Source: Raja brachyura (Eukaryota). Taken from it: a stretch of DNA of 64,000 nucleotides. Positions within the stretch are counted from its first letter, which is position 1; each line of letters begins with the position of its first letter. Position numbers and translations under genes: made by a program. The stretch covers positions 135,842,001-135,906,000 of the forward strand of contig OY740782.1 in assembly GCA_963514005.1 (NCBI GenBank). The letters are read 5' to 3'. A model generated the notes under the pieces. The model was not told the origin of the DNA. It saw nothing but the letters and a program-made list of their open reading frames with translations, and did no database searches. This document shows positions 1-10,199 of this stretch, one piece after another.

Positions 1-290
1 AAATAGGCCCTTCGGCCCACCTAGTCTGTGCCATCCATCAATCACCCTCTCATGCTAGCTCAATGACATCCCATGTTCTCCACTCCCAACACATTAGGGG
101 AAGTTTCCAGAAACCAATTAACCAACAAACTCACGTCTTTGGGATGTGGGAGGAAGCAGAACAGGCAGAGGAAACCCGCACCCAGCAGCACAGGGATAAG
201 GTGTAAAACTGCACATAGACAGAACCTGAGGCCAGGATCGAACCCGGGTTTCTGGAGCTGTGAGGCAGTAGCTCTACCAACTGTGCCACT
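1..290 (-). mobile_element. tRNA-derived V-SINE (HE1-like), degenerate copy
   Basis: Reverse strand reads GTGGCACAGTTGGTAGAGC (A-box) ... CCGGGTTCGATCC (B-box), then a V-domain-like TTCCTCCCACATCCCAAAGAC and the GGGCCGAAGGGCCT tail shared with CR1 3' ends. Confidence 0.75.
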
Positions 291-299
291 GTACATAGA

Positions 300-655
300 A
301 GTTGCTTCAAATTAGAGAATTCAAAGTTCATACCACCGGGTTGTAAGCTAGCCAAGCAAAATATGAGGTGCTGTTCCTCTAATTTGTGAGTGACCTCACT
401 ATGTCAATGGAGACGGCCCAGGGCTGAATGGTCAGTATGGTAATGGGAGGGGGAATTGAAGTGGTTGGTGACTGCGAGATGCTGTAGGCTGAGGCAGACA
501 GTGCGTGTTCAGTGAAACGCTCACCGAGTCTACGTTCACTCTCACCGATGTACAGGTTGGAGGAGGGACTTGTGAATCTCTGTCTAATCTGAAAGGACTG
601 TCGGGGGCCCTGGATGAAGTCGAAGGAGGAGGTGTAAGGACAGGTGTGGTGTCTC
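300..655 (-). pseudogene. Penelope-like element, GIY-YIG endonuclease C-terminal fragment
   Basis: Minus-strand translation gives TCPYTSS..IQGPRQSFQIRQRFT, YIGESERRLGERFTEH (YIG motif) and LEEQHLIFCLASLQPGGMNFEFSN, the typical C-terminus of vertebrate Penelope/Neptune ORFs; reading frame is disrupted. Confidence 0.8.
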
Positions 656-1085
656 GGGGCGGACGAGCTGCTGTGGCTGGAGCTCCCGAAAAGTCAGTTG
701 CCAACCAGGGACCTGCGAGCTCCTGATGTCACAGTCCATAGAGCCCGCGGTCGAAGCCTCCGAACGTGGAGTTGCAGCCGTGCCGCAGCATGACCACAGC
801 CCCGGAAGTCAGCCAGCTCCGTGATGGTGAGCCCACTGGCTCTGCAACTGGAGCCCTCAAAGTCAATCCTAGCTGGAGGCCTGCCAACCCCTTCATGTTA
901 GGCCGCAGCGCAAACGGAGATACGACACAGAAAAAAGTGGCATGTCCGTTGAACAAAGAGATTTAAAAAAAATTCCCCCCATCCCCAAATAATACACAGC
1001 TAAAAGTAAACTATTACATACATCTCACGCTAACAATAAGACAAAGAAGGACGAGAGACAGACAGACTGCAGGCGAGCGGCTGGT
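655..1085 (-). mobile_element. Unclassified non-autonomous repeat, GC-rich 5' portion related to 33098-34312 and 24624-25265
   Basis: Minus strand begins GCTCGCCTGCAGTCTGTCTGTC, matching GCTCACCTGCAGTCCGTCTGTC at ~34290 (-) and CCTCGCCAACAGTCTGTCTG at ~24642 (+). Confidence 0.5.
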
Positions 1086-1120
1086 GGGGTGAAAGGTGAG
1101 AACCTGGGAAACTCTGTCCA

Positions 1121-1542
1121 CATAAGTTAGGTCTTTATTCTCTGGAGCGCAGAAGGTTAAGGGGGGACTTGATAGAGGTCTTTAAAATGATGAGAGGGAT
1201 AGATAGAGTTGATGTGGACAAGCTTTTCGCTTTGAGAATAGATGAAGGTTCAAACAAGAGGACATGACTTTAGAATTAAGAAGTTTAGGGGTAACATGAG
1301 GGGGAACTTCTTTATTCAGATAGTGGTAGCGGTGTGGAATGAGCTTCCAGTGGAAGTGGTGGCGGCAGGTTCGTTGGTATCATTTAAAAATAAATTGGAT
1401 AGGCATATGAATGAGAAGGGTATGGAGGGTTATAGTATGAGTGCAGGCAGGTGGGACTAAGGGAAAAAGGTTGTTCGGCACGGACTTGAAGGGCCGAGAT
1501 GGCCGTGTTTCCGTGCTGTAATTGTTATATGTTATATGGTAT
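1121..1542 (+). mobile_element. CR1-clade LINE 3' fragment
   Basis: LGLYSLERRRLRGDLIEVFK ... TRGH ... RVVAVWNELP ORF2 C-terminus followed by a GGGCCG..GGCCGTGTTTCCGTGCTGTA tail; same subfamily as 59818-60452. Confidence 0.85.
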
Positions 1543-2654
1543 TGTCTGGGGGGAGGGGGCATGAGTAGAACTATGGGGCAAAGAGGAGACATGAATGAGG
1601 GCCTCATCTATGACAGACGGGTGAAACCCTTAAGAATGAGGGTATCTCGGATATCCTAGTATGGAATACCTCATCTTGGGAGCAGATGCGGCGGAGACGG
1701 AGAAAACCTTGCCTGCAGCAAAATCCTTGAAAGGAATATCATTATCAGCCTGAGATAGGCTTGGGCGACATTTGCTACTTTCAGGTCTGTTATTAAGGAT
1801 GCCAAAACAAAATTTAAAATGCTTCGCTAGACTATCTATTCCCACGGGACAGCCCACTTCTGCAGGCATTTTCTGCCATGTGGGAACTCAGTTTGCAGCC
1901 GCATTTCCATCCTGCGAACTGTTTTGGTTTTAGTTCTCAGCAACCTGGTGAAGACCTCTAAAAATGCAATGCCTGCCATGGAGTGCTGTGCCTGCAAAGC
2001 ACAGGTCAATATCCCAGCTTTGCAATAACGAACAGTTACTGCTGTTATTAACCGTGGAAAAATAAACTCCCGGCAAGTTAACCTGAACAACAACATGTGT
2101 ACTGGCTGTGCTAATATCTTATTCATCATAAGCATGCAAACAACTCCCTCGGGCTGCATGTTTTGACAGTGAAACAAAGAGATGAGTAAATATGTCATGA
2201 CTAGCACTGTCATATTATTAGGTCTGCCACTCTGTGGGATACCTTGTCAATGAGCATGTCTCACTGTTGCACAGCGCCTCTCCAGTAGGTTTGGCAGGCA
2301 TCTAATTATACTGCCTAGCAGATTGAAGGTGCTGCAGACAGAACCGGCAGTCTGCACCAGGCCCAGACGAAAGACAAAACTATCTTCTGCCAGCAACTAA
2401 CTAGGTGTTATTCACCAAGCTAAGCCCTTACATTCCTCCCCGCATTAGCCATCCTTCAGCTTGCATTCTGTCGAGTGCCAGCAGATCTGTCATCTCTAAT
2501 GTTGATGGACTGGTGACCCTCGCCAAGGAATAAATTGCCTTTCTTCACCTTCCATTAGTGACGGTACCTTGCGGATGGATGGATGTGCTGAATAGCTGCA
2601 TCCAGTTGCCACTTTTAAAGCTACCCCTGACATCTTTGCCAAAATAGAGAAGTG

Positions 2655-2937
2655 TGCCCCTGTCCCACTTAGGAAACCTGAACGGAAACCTCTGGAGATT
2701 TTGCGCCCCACCCAAGGTTCCCGTATGGTTCCCAGAGGTTTTTGTCAGTCTCCCTAATGGTCGAAAGTGGTTTCCGCATCTTCTATGTTCTATAGAACAT
2801 AGAACATAGAAGATGCGGAAACCACTTTCGACCATTAGGGAGACTGACAAAAACCTCCGGGAACCGCACGGAAACCTTGGGTGGGGCACAAAGTCTCCAG
2901 AGTTTTCCGTTCAGGTTTCCTAAGTGGGACAGGGGCA
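2655..2937. mobile_element. Fold-back MITE, PIF/Harbinger-related TIR
   Basis: Near-perfect ~283-bp palindrome TGCCCCTGTCCCACTTAGG...CCTAAGTGGGACAGGGGCA; TIR identical to the right end of the MITE at 41635-42007. TSD unclear (GTG/GTA). Confidence 0.8.
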
Positions 2938-4082
2938 GTAGTTTCACGTCGCAGAATCGGCCCAACAACTGGGCATTTACTTTCCTTCACACACCCTTAT
3001 TTGGTCTAACTCACGCATCCCCTTGCTTTTCCCTCAAATCCTTGACAATTTCTCATTTTCAAACAGGTAACTACTTTTCAATATGGATGCACTCTATTTC
3101 TACAATGGTTTGCGACAGTAGAATTCAGTGCTCCCACCATTTTTCAGTGGAAAGACATGATTGTGCGATTGACAGTCAATCGCAGTCGGTGAAGATGCGG
3201 GTGAGAGGGACACGAGTGAGTTGTAGACAAGAGCAACACTGTTTCGATGGCCAACCATTTCAGTCCAGGTTTGTTCATTGTTAAAGCTTTTGTTGCGTGC
3301 TATCCAGTCAGCAGAAAGACAATACACGATTACAATCGAGACGCTTACAGCGACATGATAAGGGAATAATGTTTAGTGCAAGGTAAACCCAGCAAAGTCC
3401 GATCAAGGATGATGGTTTTGATAGGGTGTCTACCCAGGAGTGAGATGGAGGAATGAATTGGGTCATTTCACATCTCTTTTTATATTGGAATATAAGTGGT
3501 ATAAACGGGTAAACATCTGGAGTAAACATTGTGGAAAAGTATCCAGTGAGTTAGCAATCCATCTATACATAATTAAAAGTCTGATCTTGTGCTCTTCCTG
3601 TTTGTGAGGGTTATTTGCGAAAGACGGTACACGATGGCGCTATGATATTTCGCCAGGTTACTCATCGTTCTCCTGTGCTGTGAGTTACATTCCGATCGGT
3701 GGTATATTGTAAAAGTTATCGAGGTTTAAAAATCTTGAAAACCGCGCATGCGCAGATTCCTCTCTTCTCCTGTCAGTCAATGCCACGGCTGGGATGGCGA
3801 CGCCACTTCCTGCCCGCCTCAGAGAGGAGTTTGTCCCGCCTCACTCACAAATTCCTCTCTCCCCTCCTCACAGTAACTTGTCTATCGTATATCCCACCAC
3901 CGGTGGCGGCAGCGAGGGGGGGGGGGGGGGGGGTCAGTGAAGGCCCAGTGGAGGCCCTGGTCCCGTCTCTCTCTCCCTCATCACTCACCCCTCTCCCCTG
4001 TCCGCCCTCTGCGGCAATGGCGGCCCAGTCTACCCGCCCCCCCGGATCCGTCTCGTCCGCCGCCGCCGTTGCGGTAACTCAC

Positions 4083-4163
4083 CCTCACGGCCTTCTCGGA
4101 GGAGAACTTCTCCACCAGCTCATCGAAACCCGTGGTGCCCACCGTGACGAGCACCGACTCCAT
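4083..4163 (-). pseudogene. ALG13: Captured first coding exon of ALG13 (UDP-GlcNAc transferase subunit), isolated fragment
   Basis: GAGGG-ATG-G start, 27 codons MESVLVTVGTTGFDELVEKFSSEKAVR, then phase-0 donor AGG|GTGAGT. Resembles the ALG13 N-terminus (human, as recalled: MKCVFVTVGTTSFDDLIACVSAPDSLQ, also 27 aa). No further ALG13 exons seen. Confidence 0.75.
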
Positions 4164-4454
4164 CCCTCCCCCCGCAGCCAGGCGGCGGCAGCGAGCAGGC
4201 AGGCAGGTGGGCTGGGCGGAGAAGGGCCGAGCGGCAGCAGCGGGCAGTCGGACAGGATGGGGACAGGCTGAGCGCGGCTGAGCCGGAGTGGGCAGAGGGA
4301 GTCGGGTTGCAGGGTGGCCAAGTAGTTTGCGAGGAGTTTGAGTAACGCACGCACGCGCGCTCACACACACAATGCAAACTGGTCCAATCGTCAAGTCAAC
4401 AGGATCTAAACTACAGCTACAATGAAAGATCTGTGGAGGAAGGAACTGCTTTTT

Positions 4455-4862
4455 ATGGATGGAGGGAGGAAGGAAGGGAGTGACAGAGGGTAGAGGAAAG
4501 TAGAGGGAGGGAGAGGTAATGGGGGGAGAGGAAGGGATAGGGAGGGAGGGGGTAAGTGTGGGAGGTGAGGAGAGTTGGGGAGGAGGAGGGGGAATTGAGG
4601 GAGAGGAGGGGGAGTGGAGGAGGTTGGGAGTGGGGAGAGCAGTGGGGGATGTCAGGAAGGGTTAGTGAGGAGGATAGGGGGAGGTGAGGAATGAGGGATA
4701 GAGGAATAGGAGGGGGGGTAGGGAGGGGAGTTATTGAGGGAGGGAGGGAGTGACTGAGGGTAGCGAGAAAGGAGAGGGTGGGAGAGGTGAGAGGGATTGG
4801 GGGAGGGGAGGAGGAGATGGGAAAGAAGAGGAGGGGGAGAGAGTGCTGGGGGATGAGGGGAA
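4455..4862 (+). repeat. G/A-rich low-complexity polypurine tract within the Helitron
   Basis: ~400 bp dominated by G and A, with many GGG/GGGG runs. Confidence 0.85.
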
Positions 4863-5771
4863 ATGAGCCCTGCCTGCGCAGTTGGGGGCTATGCGTGAGT
4901 GGTGCAATATTGTGTTGGGGGGACGGGTTGCATTGAGGGCACGGGTGAGTGGTGGAATATTGCATTGGGGGGTTGCGTTGGGAGACAGGTCTCCCGTGTG
5001 ACAGGGACCCAACGGGACCCACTTAGTCGAGTAGGTTAATTAAAAATAACTTATCAGGATCACATCTCCATTTTTGCTATATTACAATGACCTGTAGAGC
5101 GCTTCATTTAGCGTTCCATTTTCCAGGAACATATCTATAGCATGAATCCAGGTATTACTACACTCCCTCAAAATGTTGTCGATTTCAGCCAAGCAAGCTG
5201 TAATTGTCCTACCCAGTCTTTTGGGAGAAGCTTGTTGCAATTGTTTTTTTTCTGAAGTGCTTCCTGATTTTTTTCCCATATGGCCCATCTTGTGGTACAT
5301 CCGAACCAGATTATGCAAGGAAATTGTGGCAGGTTCTGTGTTTTACTCTGCTAATTCAACATTTTTACCCTCATTCTAATGTTGGCACCACCCACAATGA
5401 TATACTGCCACTTTTAAACAGAACAGAGGGAGCTGGAAGAGGGAAGTAGACTTTCATTTTTCCATGTCAATCAGAGATCATATTTGTCATAATCTTCCAT
5501 TATATCAAGTACAACTATTGGATGCAAAAACCAAACTGCTAGAAGAACTAAATAGATCAAGCATATATGGAGGAAAGGAGATGGTCAACCTTTCCGTTTG
5601 AGATCCTGTATCAGTTGTGGCCTTGACCTGAAATGGCTTTGATCCACTGAGTTCTTGTAAATATTTGTTTCTGTTCCGTATTCCAGCATCTGTAGTCTCA
5701 TGTCTCCTGACATCTAGTCATTAAAATCCAAATTACAACAGTAGGAATGACAAGTTTGATGGAACATCCTA

Positions 5772-6065
<294 letters not shown>

Positions 6066-6224
6066 CTAGAAGATTAGTTCACTTGTTAGAAACTGGTGAT
6101 TAATCCTGTTGCAAGAAGTTAATGTATCTAGCGTAACGGAATCCTACCACTTAACAAAGTCATTCCAAAACATTTAAAACAAAGGCTTTTTTAAACTTGT
6201 TTTGCATATCTTTCATTCATTGTT

Positions 6225-6690
6225 CTGTATCTCTCTCCATCATCGTCTTTATCTCTCGTTTCCTTTATACCTAACCAGTCTGAAGAAGGGTCTCGACCAG
6301 AAACGTCGCCCATTCCTAATCTCCAGAGATGCTGCCTGTCCCGCTGAGTTACTCCAGCTATTTGCGTCTACCTTTGGTGTAAAACTGAAGAAAGGTAGCT
6401 AATATGTCTTAAAAAAGGTTACAAAATCTGAGATATCAAAATAAATATCTCACTTCATGCTAAAGTTATATGCCAAAGATCTCACTAAGAATGATCAACC
6501 ACTATCATAATGAGGCATACAATTATAATCTGTTGTTCCCACGAGCTGGTAAATGGGATTAGTGTAGGAAAGAACTGCAGATGCTGGTTTAAATTGAAGA
6601 TAGACACAAAATGCTGGAGTAACTCAGCGAGACAGGCAGCAGCTCTGGAAAGACATTTTGGGTCGAGACCCTTCTTCAGACTGATTATCA
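6225..6690. mobile_element. Penelope pLTR-derived repeats (one on each strand) with hammerhead-like cores
   Basis: CTGAAGAAGGGTCTCGACCAGAAACGTC at 6280-6307 followed by AGATGCTGCCTGTCCCGCTGAGTTACTCCAGC; an inverted copy lies at ~6563-6683. Confidence 0.6.
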
Positions 6691-9309
6691 GCAAGAAACA
6701 TAGTGGCTGAATTGTCTTTTCTTGGGCTGGATAGCTCGATATACATCTAGTCAAGGAAGAAAGTGAATCACACAATTAGCCAAATGAAAGAGTATTCAAT
6801 GGTGCACAATCTCAGCACAATGGATTTGTCTGGAACACATATTTAACTGTCTAGAATAGGACTGCTCAGTAATTAGCAGTGTTGTTAATGGTCATATGAG
6901 GAATAGAACTTTAAATAATGTCCCTTCACATGATCTCTCTCTGTAATAAAACTTCCTTCCTCCCGCATGTTGCCAATACTGCTCTGGAGTATCTGACATC
7001 AACAAGTAGCCTGTTTGAGTTGGAATCAATTCCTGCGCCTCTTCCCTTGCTCAATCTCTGTTCCACATCAAGTGTCCAGCACAGATATCTGCCCCTTCAT
7101 TTTCTACAACTGGTCGTGATAACCATTAGATAACTACCTTTCTCATCTCTTCACGTTTGAGGCATGGTTTGAGTTAGTATGTGTGTGCTATTTTCATATT
7201 TCATATTTATTTTAGTTGTTTATCTTTTTAATATTTTATCTTGTATGTATCGTTAGCTTTTATGGGTTTGAATGGTGCACTGACTGGCTGACATTTTTAA
7301 ATTTCGTTGTACATGGTTCATGTTACAATGACAATAAAGAAACTATTCTATTCCATGGGCTTCATGTGATAAAGTGGAAAAGCACTGGTTATAAAAAAAG
7401 TTTGTCCCACAGGCTGTCTCACTGCCTTTTCTTCTCTCAGTCTGTACTGCCCTCCAAACACATACAGATATGTAGGTAAATTGGCTTGGTATAAGTGTAA
7501 ATTGCCTAGTGTGTGTAGGATAGTGTTAATGTGTGGGGATCGTTGGTCGGTGCGAACACAGTGGGCCGAAGGGCCTGTTTCGGTGCTTTATCTCTAAACT
7601 AAGATATGTTGGGGACCTCATGCAAAGAAAACTCTGGAATGATTAGCATTTATTTAGTATCTTTTACAACTCGCCAGTTGTAAAACAGTTTATACCCAAT
7701 AATGTACACATGAAACATAGTCAGCGTTTTAACGTGAGGAAGAAACCAACTAAGTCGTAGCCCTTCTCCTAGCTAACAATGGTCTATTCCACATTTTCCG
7801 TGAACTACATCCACTTTGATGTCTCATTTTCATCTTGCACTTCCTTATCTCGGTATCACCCTCTCCCCTGACTCTCAGACTGAAGAAAGGTCTTGACCCA
7901 AAATATCACCCCTTCCTTCTCTCCAGAGATGCTGCCAGTTCCACTGAATGACTCCAGCATTTTGTGTCTATTTCCAACTCAGTCGTAGACCACATTTGGG
8001 GCAACATCACTTTCAGCATTGGGGTGGCATGGTGGTACAGCAGAAGAGTTACTACCTTACAGCGCCAGAGACCTGGGTTCGATCCTGACAACGGGTGCTT
8101 GCATATACATAGTTTGTACGTTCTCCCCGTGACCGAGTGGGTTTTCTCCGAGATCCGAGGTCGGCTTGTACTCGCTAGATCGGCCTGCACTCGCTAGAAT
8201 TTAGAAGATTGAGGTGGCATCTTATAGGAACTTACAAAATTCTTAAGGGGTTGGACAGGCTAGATGCAGGAAGATTGTTCCCGATATTGGGGAAGTCCAG
8301 AACACGGGGTCACAGTTTGATGATAAGAGGGAAATCTTTTAAGACCGAGATGAGAAAAACATTTTTCACACAGAGAGTGGTGAGTCTCTGCAATTTCATT
8401 TCGGAGTCACGTGAGTGACTTCGTGAAGAGCCCGCCGGCGCGCATGCTCGACATATCGTCGTACCGCGTTGCTGCGACGGCTGGCGGTGGAGCGCGCTCC
8501 TCGCCAGCCCTTCAGAAGGGGCCACGGAGGTAAGGATTCTACCTTTAGTTGGTGGTCCTTGTTGTTGGTTTTGTCTTGCAGCAAGGACATGGATGGGAGT
8601 TCCAAGGGCCGGAGGACGTCAGGACGAGTTCGCCGGTCAACAGTTCCGGGGCCTTTACCATCGGCAGTACCTGCATCGCAGGCCGGGACTCAGGCGGAGA
8701 TGTGGGTAAGCCCTGTGTTTACAGGTCCAGATCCGCCAGCACACCACAGCTCGGAGGAGTTCGACGAGGAGGAGTGTGGTGTGCCGCCAGAGCAGGGGGA
8801 CCCTGCCATGGCAGTCAGGTCGTCAGCGGGCTCGCTGGCGACCTCGAGCTGGGTGCGTGCGGCTGCACGGCCTGTTCCACTCCGAGAAGGGGAAGGGCAG
8901 GAGCCCAGAAGCCTAACCCTACCAGGGCTAAGGCATTGCCTGACACGGAGGAGCGGTCAGGTTCCAGGGAAAGACCCGGGGCGGCTGTGAGGTCCAGCCG
9001 GCACGCCCCGACTCTCGACGCCGGGACGGGTCGGTCGAGTCGGGTCTCGTCACGGTCGCCGAGCCCCCCATGGATGGGTGGGCGAGACCATGCGTCGGCA
9101 ACGTCCACGATGTGGGCAGCCGGCAAGACTGCGCGGGCCCCAGGCAGCCATGCTTCGGCTGGTGCCGACACCTCGCCGCAACTGCCCTTAGTGGCAGCGG
9201 CTTCAGCTCCCGCTAAACGGAGGCGGTTGAACACGCCCGCGCAGGAATCGCGCAGTTCGCCTCGGCGGCTGTTAGCGACAACTACCGGCACCGGCAGGGC
9301 CTCGACGAG

Positions 9310-10158
9310 GTGCGGGCCGATGACAGGAGCCCGGTTTTCTTTTCAGAGCCGGAGGACTCCGACCACCTGAGTGTTCAGGGTGAAGGGCGTATTGACCGTA
9401 TGGACCGGCTGCTGGAGCTCCTGCTTCAACGTCAACAACAGCAGGGCAGCAACAGGCACAGGGCGTCTTCACAAACATCTACTATCAGCCTGGAGCAGCA
9501 GGAAGAAGTCCTCATCCAGGCAATGAGCCGTCACAAGGCTCCATCCAATTGCAACTCCCTCAACGTGCCTGTGGTCAACACGCCGATATGGGGCAACATC
9601 AGTGCGGCTATCCGTCAACAGGAGGTAAAACTGCAGCGGATCCTGAAGCTCCTCACGGCCGGTATTACCGCCTTTGTGCGGTCGGTGGACGGGGACGAAT
9701 TGAATTTGGACCAGGGAGATGCCCTGGCCCTCCTGTGCGCGACCCAGCACGAAATTAACGGGTTTCGCAAAACCAGCATCCGCCCAGCGCTCAATCCAAA
9801 GTTTGCAGGAGTGTGCAAACCACCGCCGCCGCCCCCGCCCCGTCAGCTCTTTGGGAAGGACCTCTCGAAGAGAGTCAAAGAGCTTGACGAGCAAGCCAAA
9901 ACGGTGGGGATCATGCGCCCTCAGAGTGCCCCCACACCGTCAGGCTCAAAGTCTCCATACATTCGATCACGAGGGTCTGCCAGTACCTCGACGAGGACCC
10001 ACCCTCAAGCTCCACAACGACAGCAACATCAGACCCAGCACCAGGGGTCTTTTTTAGGACAGGGTCGGCAGAGACCCTGGTGGGAAACGAAGACGCAGCG
10101 CCCTCAAGCCAACCCAGCACCTCCACGTCCACACACGCGTGTCAAGGACCGCCGGTAA
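9310..10158 (+). CDS. DIRS gag-like ORF1 (C-terminal open part; upstream part from ~8590 probably frameshifted)
   Basis: NCNSLNVPVVNTPIW...ALALLCATQHEINGFRKTSIRPALN...LFGKDLSKRVKEL, a typical DIRS1 gag segment, located immediately before pol. Confidence 0.7.
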   Translation: MRADDRSPVFFSEPEDSDHLSVQGEGRIDRMDRLLELLLQRQQQQGSNRHRASSQTSTISLEQQEEVLIQAMSRHKAPSNCNSLNVPVVNTPIWGNISAAIRQQEVKLQRILKLLTAGITAFVRSVDGDELNLDQGDALALLCATQHEINGFRKTSIRPALNPKFAGVCKPPPPPPPRQLFGKDLSKRVKELDEQAKTVGIMRPQSAPTPSGSKSPYIRSRGSASTSTRTHPQAPQRQQHQTQHQGSFLGQGRQRPWWETKTQRPQANPAPPRPHTRVKDRR

Positions 10159-10199
10159 CCACGGAGGTGAGGGGGTCTGGTTCTCTCTTTTCTCTCTGT

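Larger units (their letters stand above)
3562..5031 (+). mobile_element. Non-autonomous Helitron carrying a captured gene fragment
   Basis: Inserted between A(3561) and T(5032) with no TSD. 5' end TCTATACATAATTAAAAGTCT; 3' hairpin GGGACCC-AAC-GGGACCC (one mismatch) then ACTTAGTCGAG. Both termini match the cleaner copy at 54678-55550, which ends CTAG. Confidence 0.8.

Noticed and set aside
3981-4394. 137-aa ORF as a complete ALG13 or novel gene
   Set aside because: Only 27 codons resemble ALG13 and they end at a splice donor; the rest is low-complexity UTR/intron read-through inside a Helitron.
4453-5022. Pro/Ser/Leu-rich 189-aa ORF
   Set aside because: Translation of the complement of the polypurine tract; no domain features.
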